Shown: positions 23,370-35,404, counted from the stretch's first letter. The stretch is 37,376 nucleotides of DNA from Octopus bimaculoides (GCF_001194135.2 NC_068995.1:34361123-34398498); one strand, 5' to 3'. Program-made: numbers and translations. The notes: generated from the letters alone by a model not told the origin.

Positions 23370-23548
23370 CTGTGTATATATACGACGAGTGTCCGAACAA
23401 TTTCCGCTTTTCAAATTTTACACATAACGTATTACGCTACCGGAGGCTAGAATAGCGAGCATTTCTTAAATGAGTGCCACAGTGGGGTTGAACCGGAACC
23501 TTGTGGTTACGAAACGGTCATATTAACGTCATAGCGATGCCTGCGTCC
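23370..23548 (-). mobile_element. SINE family 2 (decayed)
   Basis: Reverse complement ggacgcaggcatcgctatg..aaccacaaggttccggttcaaccccactgtggcac..tattctagcct ... cggaaattg..ctcgtcgtatatatacaca aligns with 3506-3672. Confidence 0.7.
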
Positions 23549-24699
23549 ATTCCTGCTTGCCTTGACATAAATTAGAGTGTGTTAATGTCACAGTATAAAA
23601 ACCTTGCAGGTTGTCCCTTAGTAAATTGGTAAAAAGAGAAGCTATTAATCTGGTTGTCTTCAATGATTATTTGATTTATTTACTACCGTGCGGTGAATGA
23701 GTATTCGCACGTACAATTCCATTACATAAATTAGATATCGCAATAAATCTACTCGTTAAATAGAAACATCAAGCTGAAGTCCTTGGCAGGATTTCTTAAA
23801 TCTTAATGAAAATTTTCGCATTGCAATTCCACAGCGTTCATGTAACAGAAAGATCCGAAGTGGGAAAACAATTCAAGATTATATAAAGTAAGATATAATT
23901 TAATTAATGCTTTGACATGAGTATTGAAATAAAACGGGTATCAAAGACATTGTAAAGCTGAAGGAAAATAAAATAATTCAACAGATTAGCAACAACCAGC
24001 ACCGTAAAAGATCCTATAACAAAACAATATAGAATTTTATTATGGGGATGAAGTAACAAAATTGCTAATGATTATGAAATATCGCTATTTTATTAACCAC
24101 ACGATAATCAAAGCAAATACTTTGAATTTAAAGCAGTAAAGTTCGTTTTAACAAAAATTACTGTTACATATCTGCAGGGAGGAAATTTAATAAGAACCGC
24201 ACTAGGGGTAGTAGTAGGTTGGATAGAAGGACTGGAAAGAAACCGAAATCTGGCATTAAACAGCAGAAAAGAGTAGAGATATATTCAATAAATTTCTCTC
24301 CAAAAATATTCAAATCGGTTATTTGTGGTTCTATCTAGTAAATCTTTAACTAAGAAAAAAACATCTCATATATACTCTAACATTTAACGACACCCGTTAC
24401 CTTAGTGAACGAATCAGTCAACACATAAATTACTTACAATTTCTCGCCCGATGCTAAATTGATGGCAAAAATAATAGACGTAAATATACATCTGTATATC
24501 ATTTAAAATCAGTGCATTCTATACCTTTTATGTATTCAATTTTGTTTCCAAGCGGACCTTAATTAAAGCAGCATTAGTAATATGCCAAATGTCATAGAAC
24601 ATGAACTCACGCCAATTTAACCCAAGGGGAATTACAGTGCTGTTATATTATGTAAAAGTTTCTACCTATAAACACCAACCCACACACATAAATATAAAT

Positions 24700-24881
24700 A
24701 ATTCTTCCTACTATAGGCAGAAGCCCTGACGTTTTGGTAGGTAGGGAATAGTCAACTTGTTCTTATTTTATCGACCTCGAAGGATAGAACGCAAAGTCAT
24801 TCTGAACTTAGGACGTTAAACCTAAAGAAATGCGGCTTAGATCTTTTTCCAGTGTGTTAATGATTCTGCCTGCTCGCCGCC
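24700..24881 (-). mobile_element. SINE family 1 (tail type B), decayed
   Basis: attcttcctactataggc.. / ttattttatcgacctcgaaggatag / gattctgcctgctcgccgcc. Confidence 0.75.
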
Positions 24882-25119
24882 TTCGCATACATGTAAATAA
24901 CATTATTCATTCATATCGGAGCATGTGTGAGTTGCGACTTCTATTTAGACTGACGTAACACGATACAAAAGTAGTCGACTATATGTTTACTTTCTAAATG
25001 TGTTTGGTCTTATTAGTCCCTGCTGGCAGTTGCGAAGTTGTTCGAAGTTTAAACAACGTATGTAAGGTCTATCATACTTATGTCGGGTGCTTGTATAGTT
25101 ATTAGTAGTTAGTATTCGA

Positions 25120-25325
25120 AAGTCGGTGAGTTGGCTGAATTGTTAGAACAGCCGTCAAAATGCTATTAAGTATTCTAATTTTCTTTATTTTTCTGGGTTC
25201 AAATTCCGGTTGACTTATCTTTTGAGAGTTGATAAATCAAGTACCAAACAAGCATTGGGTTGATGCAATTTGCAAGCCCCCGCCTCTTCAAAATCTCAGT
25301 CCTTATTCCTACATCAGTAAATATT
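25120..25325 (+). mobile_element. SINE family 1 (B-like tail), first of a tandem chain
   Basis: cggtgagttggctgaattgttag..gggttcaaattcc..gagttgataaatcaagtacca.. Confidence 0.75.
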
Positions 25326-25330
25326 GTTAA

Positions 25331-25371
<41 letters not shown>

Positions 25372-25376
25372 TCTCT

Positions 25377-25590
25377 GGTGGCAAGCTGGCTTAACACTTA
25401 GCACGCCGGGCAAAAGACTTAATGGCATTTCGTCTGTCTTTACGTTCTGAGTTCAAATTCCGCGGGGGTCGGCTTTCTTTTCATTCTTCTGGGGTTAATA
25501 AATTAAGTACTCAGCAAGCACTGGGGTCGTTGCAAACAGCTAGCTCCCTCCCCTAAATCTCTGGCCTTGTACCTATAGTAGAAAAGATTG
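25377..25590 (+). mobile_element. SINE family 1 (tail B), second of the chain
   Basis: ggtggcaagctggc..gcacgccgggc..gttctgagttcaaattccg..ggccttgtacctatagtagaaaagatt. Confidence 0.85.
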
Positions 25591-25607
25591 CTATTTACTC
25601 TCTCTAA

Positions 25608-25820
25608 GGCGGTGGCCGAGCTGTTGCCACACTGAAGAAAAAGCTAGGTGGCATTTCTTTCGCTATTACGTTCTGAGTTCAAATGTTTTCGAGGTCAACT
25701 TTGCTTACATTCTTCCGGGATCGATAAAAAAATGTTCTAGCTGAACGTCAATGACGTTGTAATCGACTAGAGCCCTCTCTTGAAAATTGCTGACCTAGTG
25801 CCAAAATTTGAAGCCATTAT
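25608..25820 (+). mobile_element. SINE family 1 (tail C), third of the chain
   Basis: ggcggtggccgagctg..ttacgttctgagttcaaat..gaggtcaactttgc..aaaattgctgacctagtgccaaaatttgaagccatt. Confidence 0.75.
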
Positions 25821-26613
25821 TTACTCTCTTTTTGCCTGCGTGTCTGTCACGCGCGTGTTGAGGCACACATAGATATACATACGCATATACACGCATACAC
25901 ATACATAGTGCGTATAATTATGATTTTTTGAATTAATTTACTTATATGTATACTAGCTTGGGGGCAATATAATAAAGAGAAAAAAAAAAAGAAGGAGAAA
26001 TTGAAATAATTACAAGTTATTTCAGTCGAATATTGCTTAATGAGTAAGGAGGAAAACGACTTCCTTTTGTTTTATTTCAAGAGAGAAAGACAAAAGTTCC
26101 GGAAAAACCATCTGTGTCGAGAATGTATTCGTAATGAAACAAACAACGTTACGTATATTTGATAAGCTCTGTTTCCAAGAGTTATAATCTATGAAATAAA
26201 TGGTATTTGATATTTGTTTAAGTATCGCACTTCCTTAGAAAAAGAAAAGCCATACCTTTCATTTAATCAAATATTAACAAAGAAGACGAACAGGAAAACA
26301 GTGTATTTAGTAATGTCTTGGCTTTTGAAATAAAATATTTATCAACGTCACAATTGTTAGTTTCATGAAACTGCTACGTTTAAAGTTTCGTTGGTAAATA
26401 CTGATTATAAAATATTGTTATACACGCTCACATGTATCTTCCAGCCAATGGAGGACCCATGCACGGCCGTTGCTGAATAAATTTTCAACTATTTATTAAT
26501 TATAAAGAATGATATTCTATCATGGTATATGAATATAAACTTAAACCTGATGTGCGGTGAAGAAACAAATGTTGTGCTCTACTATTAAAGCCTGGTTATG
26601 CCCCATGCTCGTG

Positions 26614-26671
<58 letters not shown>

Positions 26672-27001
26672 GTGTGTGATAGATAGATCATGTGTTTACA
26701 TGATCTATGTGTTTACATTTATATACATACATACCTATATGTATATACATATATATGCACTTACATGCATACACATATATGCCTACATGCTTCCACTTAT
26801 ACATGCAGGAGAGAATGAATGTTATTATACATATATTCACAAAGCATGACACAAGAAGGACATAAGTATAAATATATTAACAGCTAAATTTCTGATTGTC
26901 AGGGTAGATATTGGTATTCCTTACACGTTTATCATTTAGTGAAAATATGTATGGATGTCACCGACTGGAGAACTTTGTGAGTATATAGTAAGTGTTGTGA
27001 G

Positions 27002-29900
27002 TTAACTAAAGAAATATGCATTGTGTTTTGGTTTGTATTTTTTAATGAAATATATTACTCTATTGTTTCTTCGCTGTTCAATGGTAAAAAGGATGACAGA
27101 ATAGTTGGGTAAGGCCCGTCCTCCACAACTATCTATATGTTCACTTAAGGGCATTTTTTCTATGCTTGATTCCCTAAATTGTTGGCGGTATACTGTCTTT
27201 CTTTTTCTTAGTGACATACCTTTTTGTCTGATGTAGTATTCTCAGCGAAATTTACATGTTATAATGTAGATTAGGTTGACCGAAATGCTGGAGAAATTGT
27301 TTATAATTTTGAAGGTAGGACTTTTCTTTGAAGTGGAATTCAGGGCATTTACTTACTTTAGGGTCTGCCACTTGTGTATGCAGCTTTGCACAGATCAATA
27401 TCCTTTTTAATGATATTCTTTGCCTCTTGCTTTTTGTAGTTGGATTTTTTTCGAAAACGTTTTTCATTTGTTTTGATTCAGTAATAGTATCTGTAGGCTT
27501 AGATATATGTTGGTAAAAATTTCAGTGCACCTTGCGTTAAAAGTTGCAATACATGAAATAATATTTTTCCTTTTGAGATTTTGTTGTTCCAAGTACTTGG
27601 ATGTTAATTTGCTTACCTTTCTAGATAGCAAATTCAATAGGTTTTATGGACTATTTTCTCATGATAAGTATTTCTTTCATTTCGTTTAATCTCCGATTCA
27701 TAGTTACAGGGTTTGATACAAATGTGCAAATCCATTTTGCTAGACTGAATTGAATGTTGTTTCTTATGTGTTTTTGAATGAAATGGCTTAAAAAGAAGGT
27801 ATTGTCATGAGAAGTGGTGGATTTAAAAACATGTCCGTTTCTTGTATTGAGTTTCTAGTTAGACTGTCGAAGAATTGAAGTTTATTGCTGCTCAATTCCT
27901 TGGTAAATTAAGTGTTAGAGAGTAGTTGCTTATAAGATTTCGGAATTGTTAATATTTTATCTCCATAAAATAATACAATCAGCTGGAAACCTCTTTCAGT
28001 TTTCTTTTCGAAAACGCCTGAATTCATGTCCAAAAGTTTTTTCATAGAATTTCAGTTCAAGGCATACGTAGAGGCAGGTTTCTTTCCTATGACCATTCCT
28101 GAGATTTGTCTATAGGCTGTGTAACCAAATGTGAAGTAGTTATTCTCTAACATGAATTGGTGGCCATAAACAATAAATTTTCTATCTATGCATTCCGGTA
28201 TTTAATTAGGAAATGAGTCTAGTCAATATTCTATAGCTTCAATTTTATAACAGTGAGCAATAAACAATTTAAATTCACAACATCGAATGCAATGAGAAAG
28301 CATATAAAGAATGTCAATGAAATTACGTTGGCGATGTGTTTCGCATGGTGTACCTGCTACAATGAGTTTAAGTTTTGATCTGATGGTGGTGGGATATTCA
28401 CAAATTGGTTTTTGTGTCGTCATATGTTCATCGATTAATTTATTCTTACATATTTTAGATAGTCAATATAAGTTGCATGTTCTAAATTTAAAGTAAAGCA
28501 GCCCATTCAAAGTAAACCGAGTTTTTTGGGGGTTATAGTTGTTGATTTCATCATAATACTCATTGTTGTTTAGTAAGGACATGACTAGATTTCTGTAGTA
28601 GGATGTGTCCATAATTACCACTGCGCTGCTTTTGTCCGCTTCTTTGATTGTAATTTCTTTATTGTTTTGTTGCTCATTAATTTATTTCTATTGGATTTTG
28701 TTGCGGTTTGGGTTGTTGTTTTTTTCTGCTGTTTGTGCAGGGTGTGATAGGGAAAGTTTTCGATGTGTTTGCAAAATTCATCAAGGCTTTTGTTTCTTTC
28801 TTTGTGTAGGGTGTATTCGCTTTTGTTCTTGACCAGTGATTCATCCTGATCATCAAGGTCGGTCAGTGCCTTTGCAAGTCTTAATTTCCTGCAGAACTCA
28901 GACACTGTCTTTAATTTCACTTTGATTGGCTCTTCGGGGTGTCGGTGTGAATTTGAGTCCTTTGTAGAGAATGTCTATCTTAATGTCGAATAAGGATAAG
29001 TGGGAGAGGTTGATTACCTTGGGTTTCTCCTATGTCTTGGGTTTCACCTTGTTATCTGTTTCCTCTGGTGTGTGACTAAAAAATGTTGGTTGCTTGGGTA
29101 TGGGTTGCTTGGGGGGGGGGGGTAGTGTGTGTGGTAACGTTGTTTCTTTGGAGTGTTTTCGAGTGAGTGGGTGTCTGGTGTTAGGTGCGGTCCAAAATAG
29201 ATCCTCTTTTCTCTGGTTAGTGGTTGTGAAATGCTGGTTGTTTCCGTGTGTGGATGGGTTGTTCGTGTAAAAATGAGGATTTCCGTTGTGTGGTTGGTGA
29301 AGTTGAGGGATTAGGTTGTTATGATTGTATAGGTGATTGTAGAGTCTATGTCCATAATTTTGTGTAGTGCCTGGTGTTTTTAATAATCCCCGGGAGCGGT
29401 GGATGTTACCAAATGGAGTGTAGTGCTGTTCATTATTGTGTGTAGTGCCTGGTGCTTTCAACAGTCCCTGAGGGGTAGGGTGAGTATAGCCAAAGTGGGT
29501 GCAAACTAGGTCTTTAGACCGTGGAAAATTCCTGCTCGTAGAGGTTTTTGTGTTTTGTGGGGACCAGTATTTCAGGGGAATCTGGGGGCTATACCTGATA
29601 TTTAGGTATGGTTAGGGGTATCTTGTCAGGGTGTCTCCCATCGTGTTTTCATGGGGGGAGGAGTGGATTTGCTTGTTGTTAGGTTTCTTCTTATTGTGGC
29701 CTGTTTTATTCTTCAGGTATGGGCTGTCTACAGTGGTATTTTCTTTAGAATTTGATTCGTACTGGTGAAAAAAAAGTTTCTTTCCAGAGTTTAACAATGT
29801 TTTCAGGTGAGTGTTCGTCTGTGTATTTGTTTATTTCCTGGAGCATTTCTCCGTCGATGTTTTTGTATTTTTCTGTCACTTAATTACTTGACTCCTGGTC
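27002..29900 (-). mobile_element. Decayed near-full-length Penelope-like retroelement (RT + GIY-YIG)
   Basis: Motifs are collinear across many stops and frameshifts: VINLSHLSL..KGLKFTPTP (about 29017-28943), SEFCRKLRL, KEADKSSAVVIMD (28645-28607), YRQISGMVIG..ASTYA, KRFPADCIILW (decayed YxDD region), KHIRNNIQFSLA..ICTFVS, NLIYIITC (27280-27255) and YIRQKGMSLRKRKTVYRQQ..PLSEHID (GIY-YIG). The 5' boundary is uncertain. Confidence 0.85.
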
Positions 29901-31554
29901 ACCTATTCATATTCAAACCTGAGGCACGAGTGGTTCAACATGGCTCTTATGAAGGAAGTATTCATATCTTGGCAATTGCTTTGTCGTTCATTTTCTATTG
30001 GACTGATTTATTTTATTCAATTATGGAAATTCAACATATACAAAAAAGTTATATACGTATGCCAACCACAAGTTTTAGGTATAAATTACTGTTCATACTT
30101 ATATATATGTANNNNNNNNNNNNNNNNNNNNNNNNNNNNNNNNNNNNNNNNNNNNNNNNNNNNNNNNNNNNNNNNNNNNNNNNNNNNNNNNNNNNNNNNN
30201 NNNNNNNNNNNNNNNNNNNNNNNNNNNNNNNNNNNNNNNNNNNNNNNNNNNNNNNNNNNNNNNNNNNNNNNNNNNNNNNNNNNNNNNNNNNNNNNNNNNN
30301 NNNNNNNNNNNNNNNNNNNNNNNNNNNNNNNNNNNNNNNNNNNNNNNNNNNNNNNNNNNNNNNNNNNNNNNNNNNNNNNNNNNNNNNNNNNNNNNNNNNN
30401 NNNNNNNNNNNNNNNNNNNNNNNNNNNNNNNNNNNNNNNNNNNNNNNNNNNNNNNNNNNNNNNNNNNNNNNNNNNNNNNNNNNNNNNNNNNNNNNNNNNN
30501 NNNNNNNNNNNNNNNNNNNNNNNNNNNNNNNNNNNNNNNNNNNNNNNNNNNNNNNNNNNNNNNNNNNNNNNNNNNNNNNNNNNNNNNNNNNNNNNNNNNN
30601 NNNNNNNNNNNNNNNNNNNNNNNNNNNNNNNNNNNNNNNNNNNNNNNNNNNNNNNNNNNNNNNNNNNNNNNNNNNNNNNNNNNNNNNNNNNNNNNNNNNN
30701 NNNNNNNNNNNNNNNNNNNNNNNNNNNNNNNNNNNNNNNNNNNNNNNNNNNNNNNNNNNNNNNNNNNNNNNNNNNNNNNNNNNNNNNNNNNNNNNNNNNN
30801 NNNNNNNNNNNNNNNNNNNNNNNNNNNAAGGGTAGAAAGTTGCTCGCTAGCGTGCATAATAATGTCAATAGAGAAGATATTTTCATATATAAGAGTGTAC
30901 AAAAATTAAGTATTTATATACAAAGAAGTGACATATGACAGGATATCTTACGTGCTAGAAAGGGCAGCTAAAACTCAAACCACGAAAAAATTTTTATTCC
31001 AAATAAAATGGAAACAAAAAATATTTTCTTTAGTTAACCCCCACCCCATATATATATATATATATATATATATAAGCATGGATGTTTGTTTGTAAGTCTA
31101 GAAATAACATCGCCCTTTTCAGTAATGATTCTTTCTTCTAATTTGCAAACATAAGTTCCCAGTCAACCAAGAATAACGCACAAAAGGAAAATCCTGGGAC
31201 TGAGTCTACAGGGTTAGAATTCGAAGACTCACTCAAGAAATTATATTTTGAAAAACTGAATTTTGTAATAAAAGGGTAGTAGAATAGGATTATTAGTGTG
31301 AGGTACAGAATCGGTACCAATGTCACTCTCTGTATTTTCTTTAACTTTTATTTTAATCATATTCTAAAGAAAGCTTTTGAGATATATGTATGATGAACCC
31401 TACATGTGCTGTTTTAATACTGCACGTTTATGAAGCGGTTAGACGATGCACATTTAGAAGTCTGTCATTTGGAGATATGTTAAACCAATCTAAATCGAAT
31501 TACGCAACTCACATAGAGTCTTCACGAATACATAATATTATTTAAATGTAAGTA

Positions 31555-31640
31555 AAGGCGACAAGTAAACAGAATCGCGAGCACGCCGGTCAAAATGCTT
31601 AACGGAATTTCTTCCGATTCAGTTGCCGCCAAGATCCCAG
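31555..31640 (+). mobile_element. SINE family 1 head fragment
   Basis: aaggcgacaag..cagaatcgcgagcacgccggtcaaaatgcttaacggaatttc. Confidence 0.6.
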
Positions 31641-31753
31641 CTGTGCACCACGATTTGTGTAATCGACTGTCACCTACTGAAAACTTTCAGATCTTGTACT
31701 TCTACAAAGAGTTTTTATATGTATGTATATATGTGTGTATGTACAGCTAGTAA

Positions 31754-32140
31754 GTGGAGGCGCAATGGCCCTGTGTTTAGAGCAGCGGACTAGCGGTCAT
31801 AGGATCGCGGTTTCGATTCCCAGACCCGGCGTTGTGAGTGTTTATTGAGCGAAAAACACCTAAAGCTCCACGAGGCTCCGGCAGGGGATGGTGGCGAACC
31901 CTGCTATATTCTTCCACCACAACTTTCTCTCACTCTTACTTCCTGTTTCTGTTGTGCCTGTAATTCAGAGGGTCAGCCTTGTCACACTGTGTCACGCTGA
32001 ATATCCCCGAGAAGTACGTTAAGGGTACACGTGTCTGTGGAGTACTCAGCCACTTGCACGTTAATTTCACGAGCAGGCTATTCCGTTGACCGGATCAACT
32101 GGAACCCTCGTCGTCGTAAGCGACGGAGTGCCAACAACAA
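31754..32140 (+). mobile_element. Full-length tRNA-derived SINE (family 4) with TSD and (CAA)n tail
   Basis: A-box tggccctgtgtttag, B-box ggtttcgattccc (31809-31821), 3' stem-loop cgtcg-tcgtaag-cgacg (32109-32125), then ccaacaacaa. TSD cagctagtaa (31744-31753) / cagttagtaa (32141-32150). Confidence 0.88.
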
Positions 32141-32220
32141 CAGTTAGTAAATTTTACACGATGTAACTGCAAAGTGACGTCCTCGGGGTTAATTGTTCTT
32201 TGTGCTTTCTGCCTTCCCTG

Positions 32221-32266
<46 letters not shown>

Positions 32267-32738
32267 TCTCTCTGTTATTGTAATTCTTTCTCTGTCTTTC
32301 TCACTCACATGACTTTTCAAAACACGCACACATAAACACACCCCCCCACACTGCTTTCCACTCATCTTACACAACATTGCATACTTCTGAAGATTGTAGG
32401 TATGAAAATTACTCATTTAAAAATTATATCCTCGAAAAGACGGTCTGCGATTTCAAATTCTATTGAAATGAGAAAATATTCCACTCTTGAACTGTCCCAT
32501 ATTTAAGCATGTTTATGATTATGTATATTTAGTTATGAAGTGTATTTGTATGTGTACATATAATATACACATGCACATACCTACACATATCAACGAATAT
32601 AAAAATTAAGTCTGATTCATAGTGCATGGCACTTATCAAACTGATACGTCAATGTGATAAGTGACATTATTGGCAGTATATGCCCCTACCCGAGTCACGT
32701 TCGTAACATTCCGTCTCTAAAAGTAATAAAAAAACCCC

Positions 32739-32920
<182 letters not shown>

Positions 32921-33219
32921 TAGAGAGAGTTCTATTTATATTTACCTTGATTGTTCTGACGCATTTCCACACACACACACACACAGACGCGCGCGCGCAT
33001 ATGCACGAATTTATATACACTACTCTCTTTTGGATTGAAATTATCAGCGATTTATGGTCAAAACTGAAAGATAATAGTCTATATTTACTATTATCTATAT
33101 CATTAACCGTAGTTCTTTACAATCTCATATTCGGCAGTTATTCATTCTGGGATTACAGCTTCATTTTTTGTAGATCGATGTTGCTTACGTTCACGTATTT
33201 CTTATTATTCATCCTACAG

Positions 33220-33358
33220 AAAACAGTAAGCTGGCAGATTCTTTATTATGCCGAGACAAAATGCTCAGAGTTATTTCTTCCGGCTTTATGTCAAAGTTCA
33301 AATTCCGCTGCGGTTGCCTTTGCCTCTTTTATCCCTTTAGAGGTCAATAAAATAAGTA
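33220..33358 (+). mobile_element. SINE family 1, 5' half (head and core, ending at aataagta)
   Basis: gtaagctggcagattc..aagttcaaattccgctgcggttgcctttgcc..gaggtcaataaaataagta. Confidence 0.75.
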
Positions 33359-33410
33359 AAATAAAATATAATAAATAAAATACAATAAGTATAATATAAT
33401 AATAATAATA

Positions 33411-33630
33411 ATGGTTTCAAAATTTTCCACAAGGGCAGCAAATTTTAGGGGGAAGGGGATGAGTTCATCACATCGACTCCAGTTTTCAACTGGTACTTAT
33501 TTTTATCGACCCCGAAAGGATGAAAGGCAAAGTCAACCTCGGCGGAATTTGAAATTAGAACGGAGCGACAGACGAACTACCGCTAAGCATGTCATCCAGC
33601 GTGCTAACGATCCAGCCAGCTCACCACCTT
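33411..33630 (-). mobile_element. SINE family 1 (tail C), full length, embedded in (AAT)n
   Basis: atggtttcaaaattttccacaagggcagcaaatttt..catcgactccag..ttttatcgaccccgaaaggatgaaaggcaaagtcaacctcggcggaatttgaa..ccagccagctcaccacc. Confidence 0.9.
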
Positions 33631-33667
33631 AAATAATAATAATAATAATAATAATGATAATAATAAT

Positions 33668-34256
33668 CATAAATGCCCTGATGGAGTACCAGAAAGTGGC
33701 TTCCATGGCTTCTCATAATAACTAATTGGAAGTGTTATCATGTACATTGTTTTGCCTTGGTATAAAAGATGGGTTATAGCAAATAGTTTGCTCAATACCA
33801 CAGATTCGCATGTCAGCTGTTTGACCGTAACCAGTTGGACATGTCCCTTGGTGGCTGACGATATGTGCATCTCTGATCACAAGCAGAAGTAGTGGGGGAG
33901 CATCATAGCCATGTGTTGAAAGGAATTCTTTGGTGTTTGGATAATTCACTTTTGGAAACACGGTTGTTTTGGTCAACATCCTTAAACAACCCTTATTCAG
34001 GGACCTTTTGAGCGGGATGGGCTACTCGACCTGCAGAAAATTTTAACTAGGCCTCACCTGCAAGGTTATTCGCTGTTTCTTTTGATATGAAATCACCATG
34101 TCACGCACATATGGTCATGATGCATATACCTGGTGTACCCTTATCAGACGGCTTGTCATGATGGGTATACTGGGCTTCGTATATTTTACCCCATTTTCAC
34201 TTTGATGATATGCACTGCTCTCTCACTCAATAATAATAATAATAATAATAATAATA
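33668..34256 (+). mobile_element. Unclassified non-coding repeat with (AAT)n tail, probably a 5'-truncated non-LTR 3' UTR
   Basis: About 560 bp of higher-complexity sequence ending ctctctcactc(AAT)n at 34229-34256. It resembles a repeat I recall from octopus DNA. No coding motif was recognised. Confidence 0.5.
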
Positions 34257-34345
34257 AGTACCAGCTGAGCACTGCAGTCGATGTAATCGCCGAAAGGCCT
34301 TCTCCCAAATTTCCGGCCTTGTGCCTTTATGTGAGTTGATTATTA
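34253..34345 (+). mobile_element. SINE family 1, 3' half (starts at aataagta, tail B)
   Basis: aataagtaccagctgagcactgcagtcgatgtaatcg..ttccggccttgtgcc. Confidence 0.75.
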
Positions 34346-34941
34346 TTCTTTCAACATCACTAGGAAGCTCCCAGCTTCTAAAAACTCTGGAGCCCCTACA
34401 TTATATAGCAGAACAGCAAGTCCTTCAGAAGTAAGTTCATTAAAGTTTATATGATAATTAACAATTCCCTGAATGGGTAATCAGATTATATTCTTCATCA
34501 TATTTAGATCAATGGTTTAATTAATGACTCATTAATTTATATCCCTAATTAAGTCTTTAAGTTCGGAGATAATAAACTAAATAACAATAATGTTACGCAG
34601 AAGGTTGCTACACCTATCTTGTTATATAATAATATAAAAACTTTTTTTTCCAAAAACGCGCGTCGAATTTTTTTTTAAAAATCACTACGTTCCTAAAAAT
34701 AGTTTTAAAATCTATTAACTACAGGTGCTCATTTAGAAATTAGCGTATTTATTTTTTCTTTTCAACCATTTTCTTTGAAGTTTCAAGCTACTTTTTCCAT
34801 TCAAATTGAAATTCTTTTTCTTTGTTTTAGTTTAGTGCAGATTGCCTCGAAAGCAATCTCAGCTCCAATCAGCAATTCAATTATTTTGTTACACTACACA
34901 TCTAATTAATGTTTAATTCATAATATTTATTTTAATCGTTG

Positions 34942-35158
34942 AAGGCGGCAAGTTGGCAGAATCATTATCATGACACGCAAAAATGTTTCACAGCATTTCG
35001 TTCGTCTACATTCTGAGTTCAAATTCCGCCGAGGTCAGCTTTAAGTTTATCCTTGCGGGGGTCGATAAATTAAGTACCACTGAAACACTGGGATCGGTAT
35101 AATCGATTAGTCCCCTCCCACCAAATTTTAGACCTTGTGCCTTTAGCAGAAAGGAATA
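34942..35158 (+). mobile_element. SINE family 1 (tail B), full length
   Basis: aaggcggcaagttggcagaatc..ttctgagttcaaattccgccgaggtc..gtcgataaattaagtacc..gaccttgtgcctttagcagaaagg. An aatatttatttt repeat at 34922-34933 and 35155-35166 suggests a decayed TSD. Confidence 0.88.
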
Positions 35159-35404
35159 TTTATTTTCAACTCATGAAATATTATGTGTGCACTTGTGTGA
35201 GTGTGTTTGCTAACTTACATTTTTTGGTTCAAAGTCCGTAGCTGCTTCAATACACTGTATTTAATTATGTATGTGCCAGTTTTACATCATGAATTCCTCA
35301 AAGTAAGTTACGGGAGTTCGAGGGAGTGAATTCTGGATAGTGTAACGACTATGAATTCCAAAGTTATATCTCACACAAACCTGAAAGGAATAAGTCACTC
35401 ACTC

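Noticed and set aside
24170-24215. Possible micro-exon (tgcag|GGAGG..AGGG|gtagta) and similar AG/GT-bounded candidates near 26440 and 36985
   Set aside because: Splice signals are weak, the peptide is not recognisable, and there is no neighbouring exon support.
25120-25820. Repeat-spacer appearance suggesting a CRISPR-like array
   Set aside because: Units are about 200-bp diverged SINEs in eukaryotic DNA, with no short identical repeats and no cas genes.
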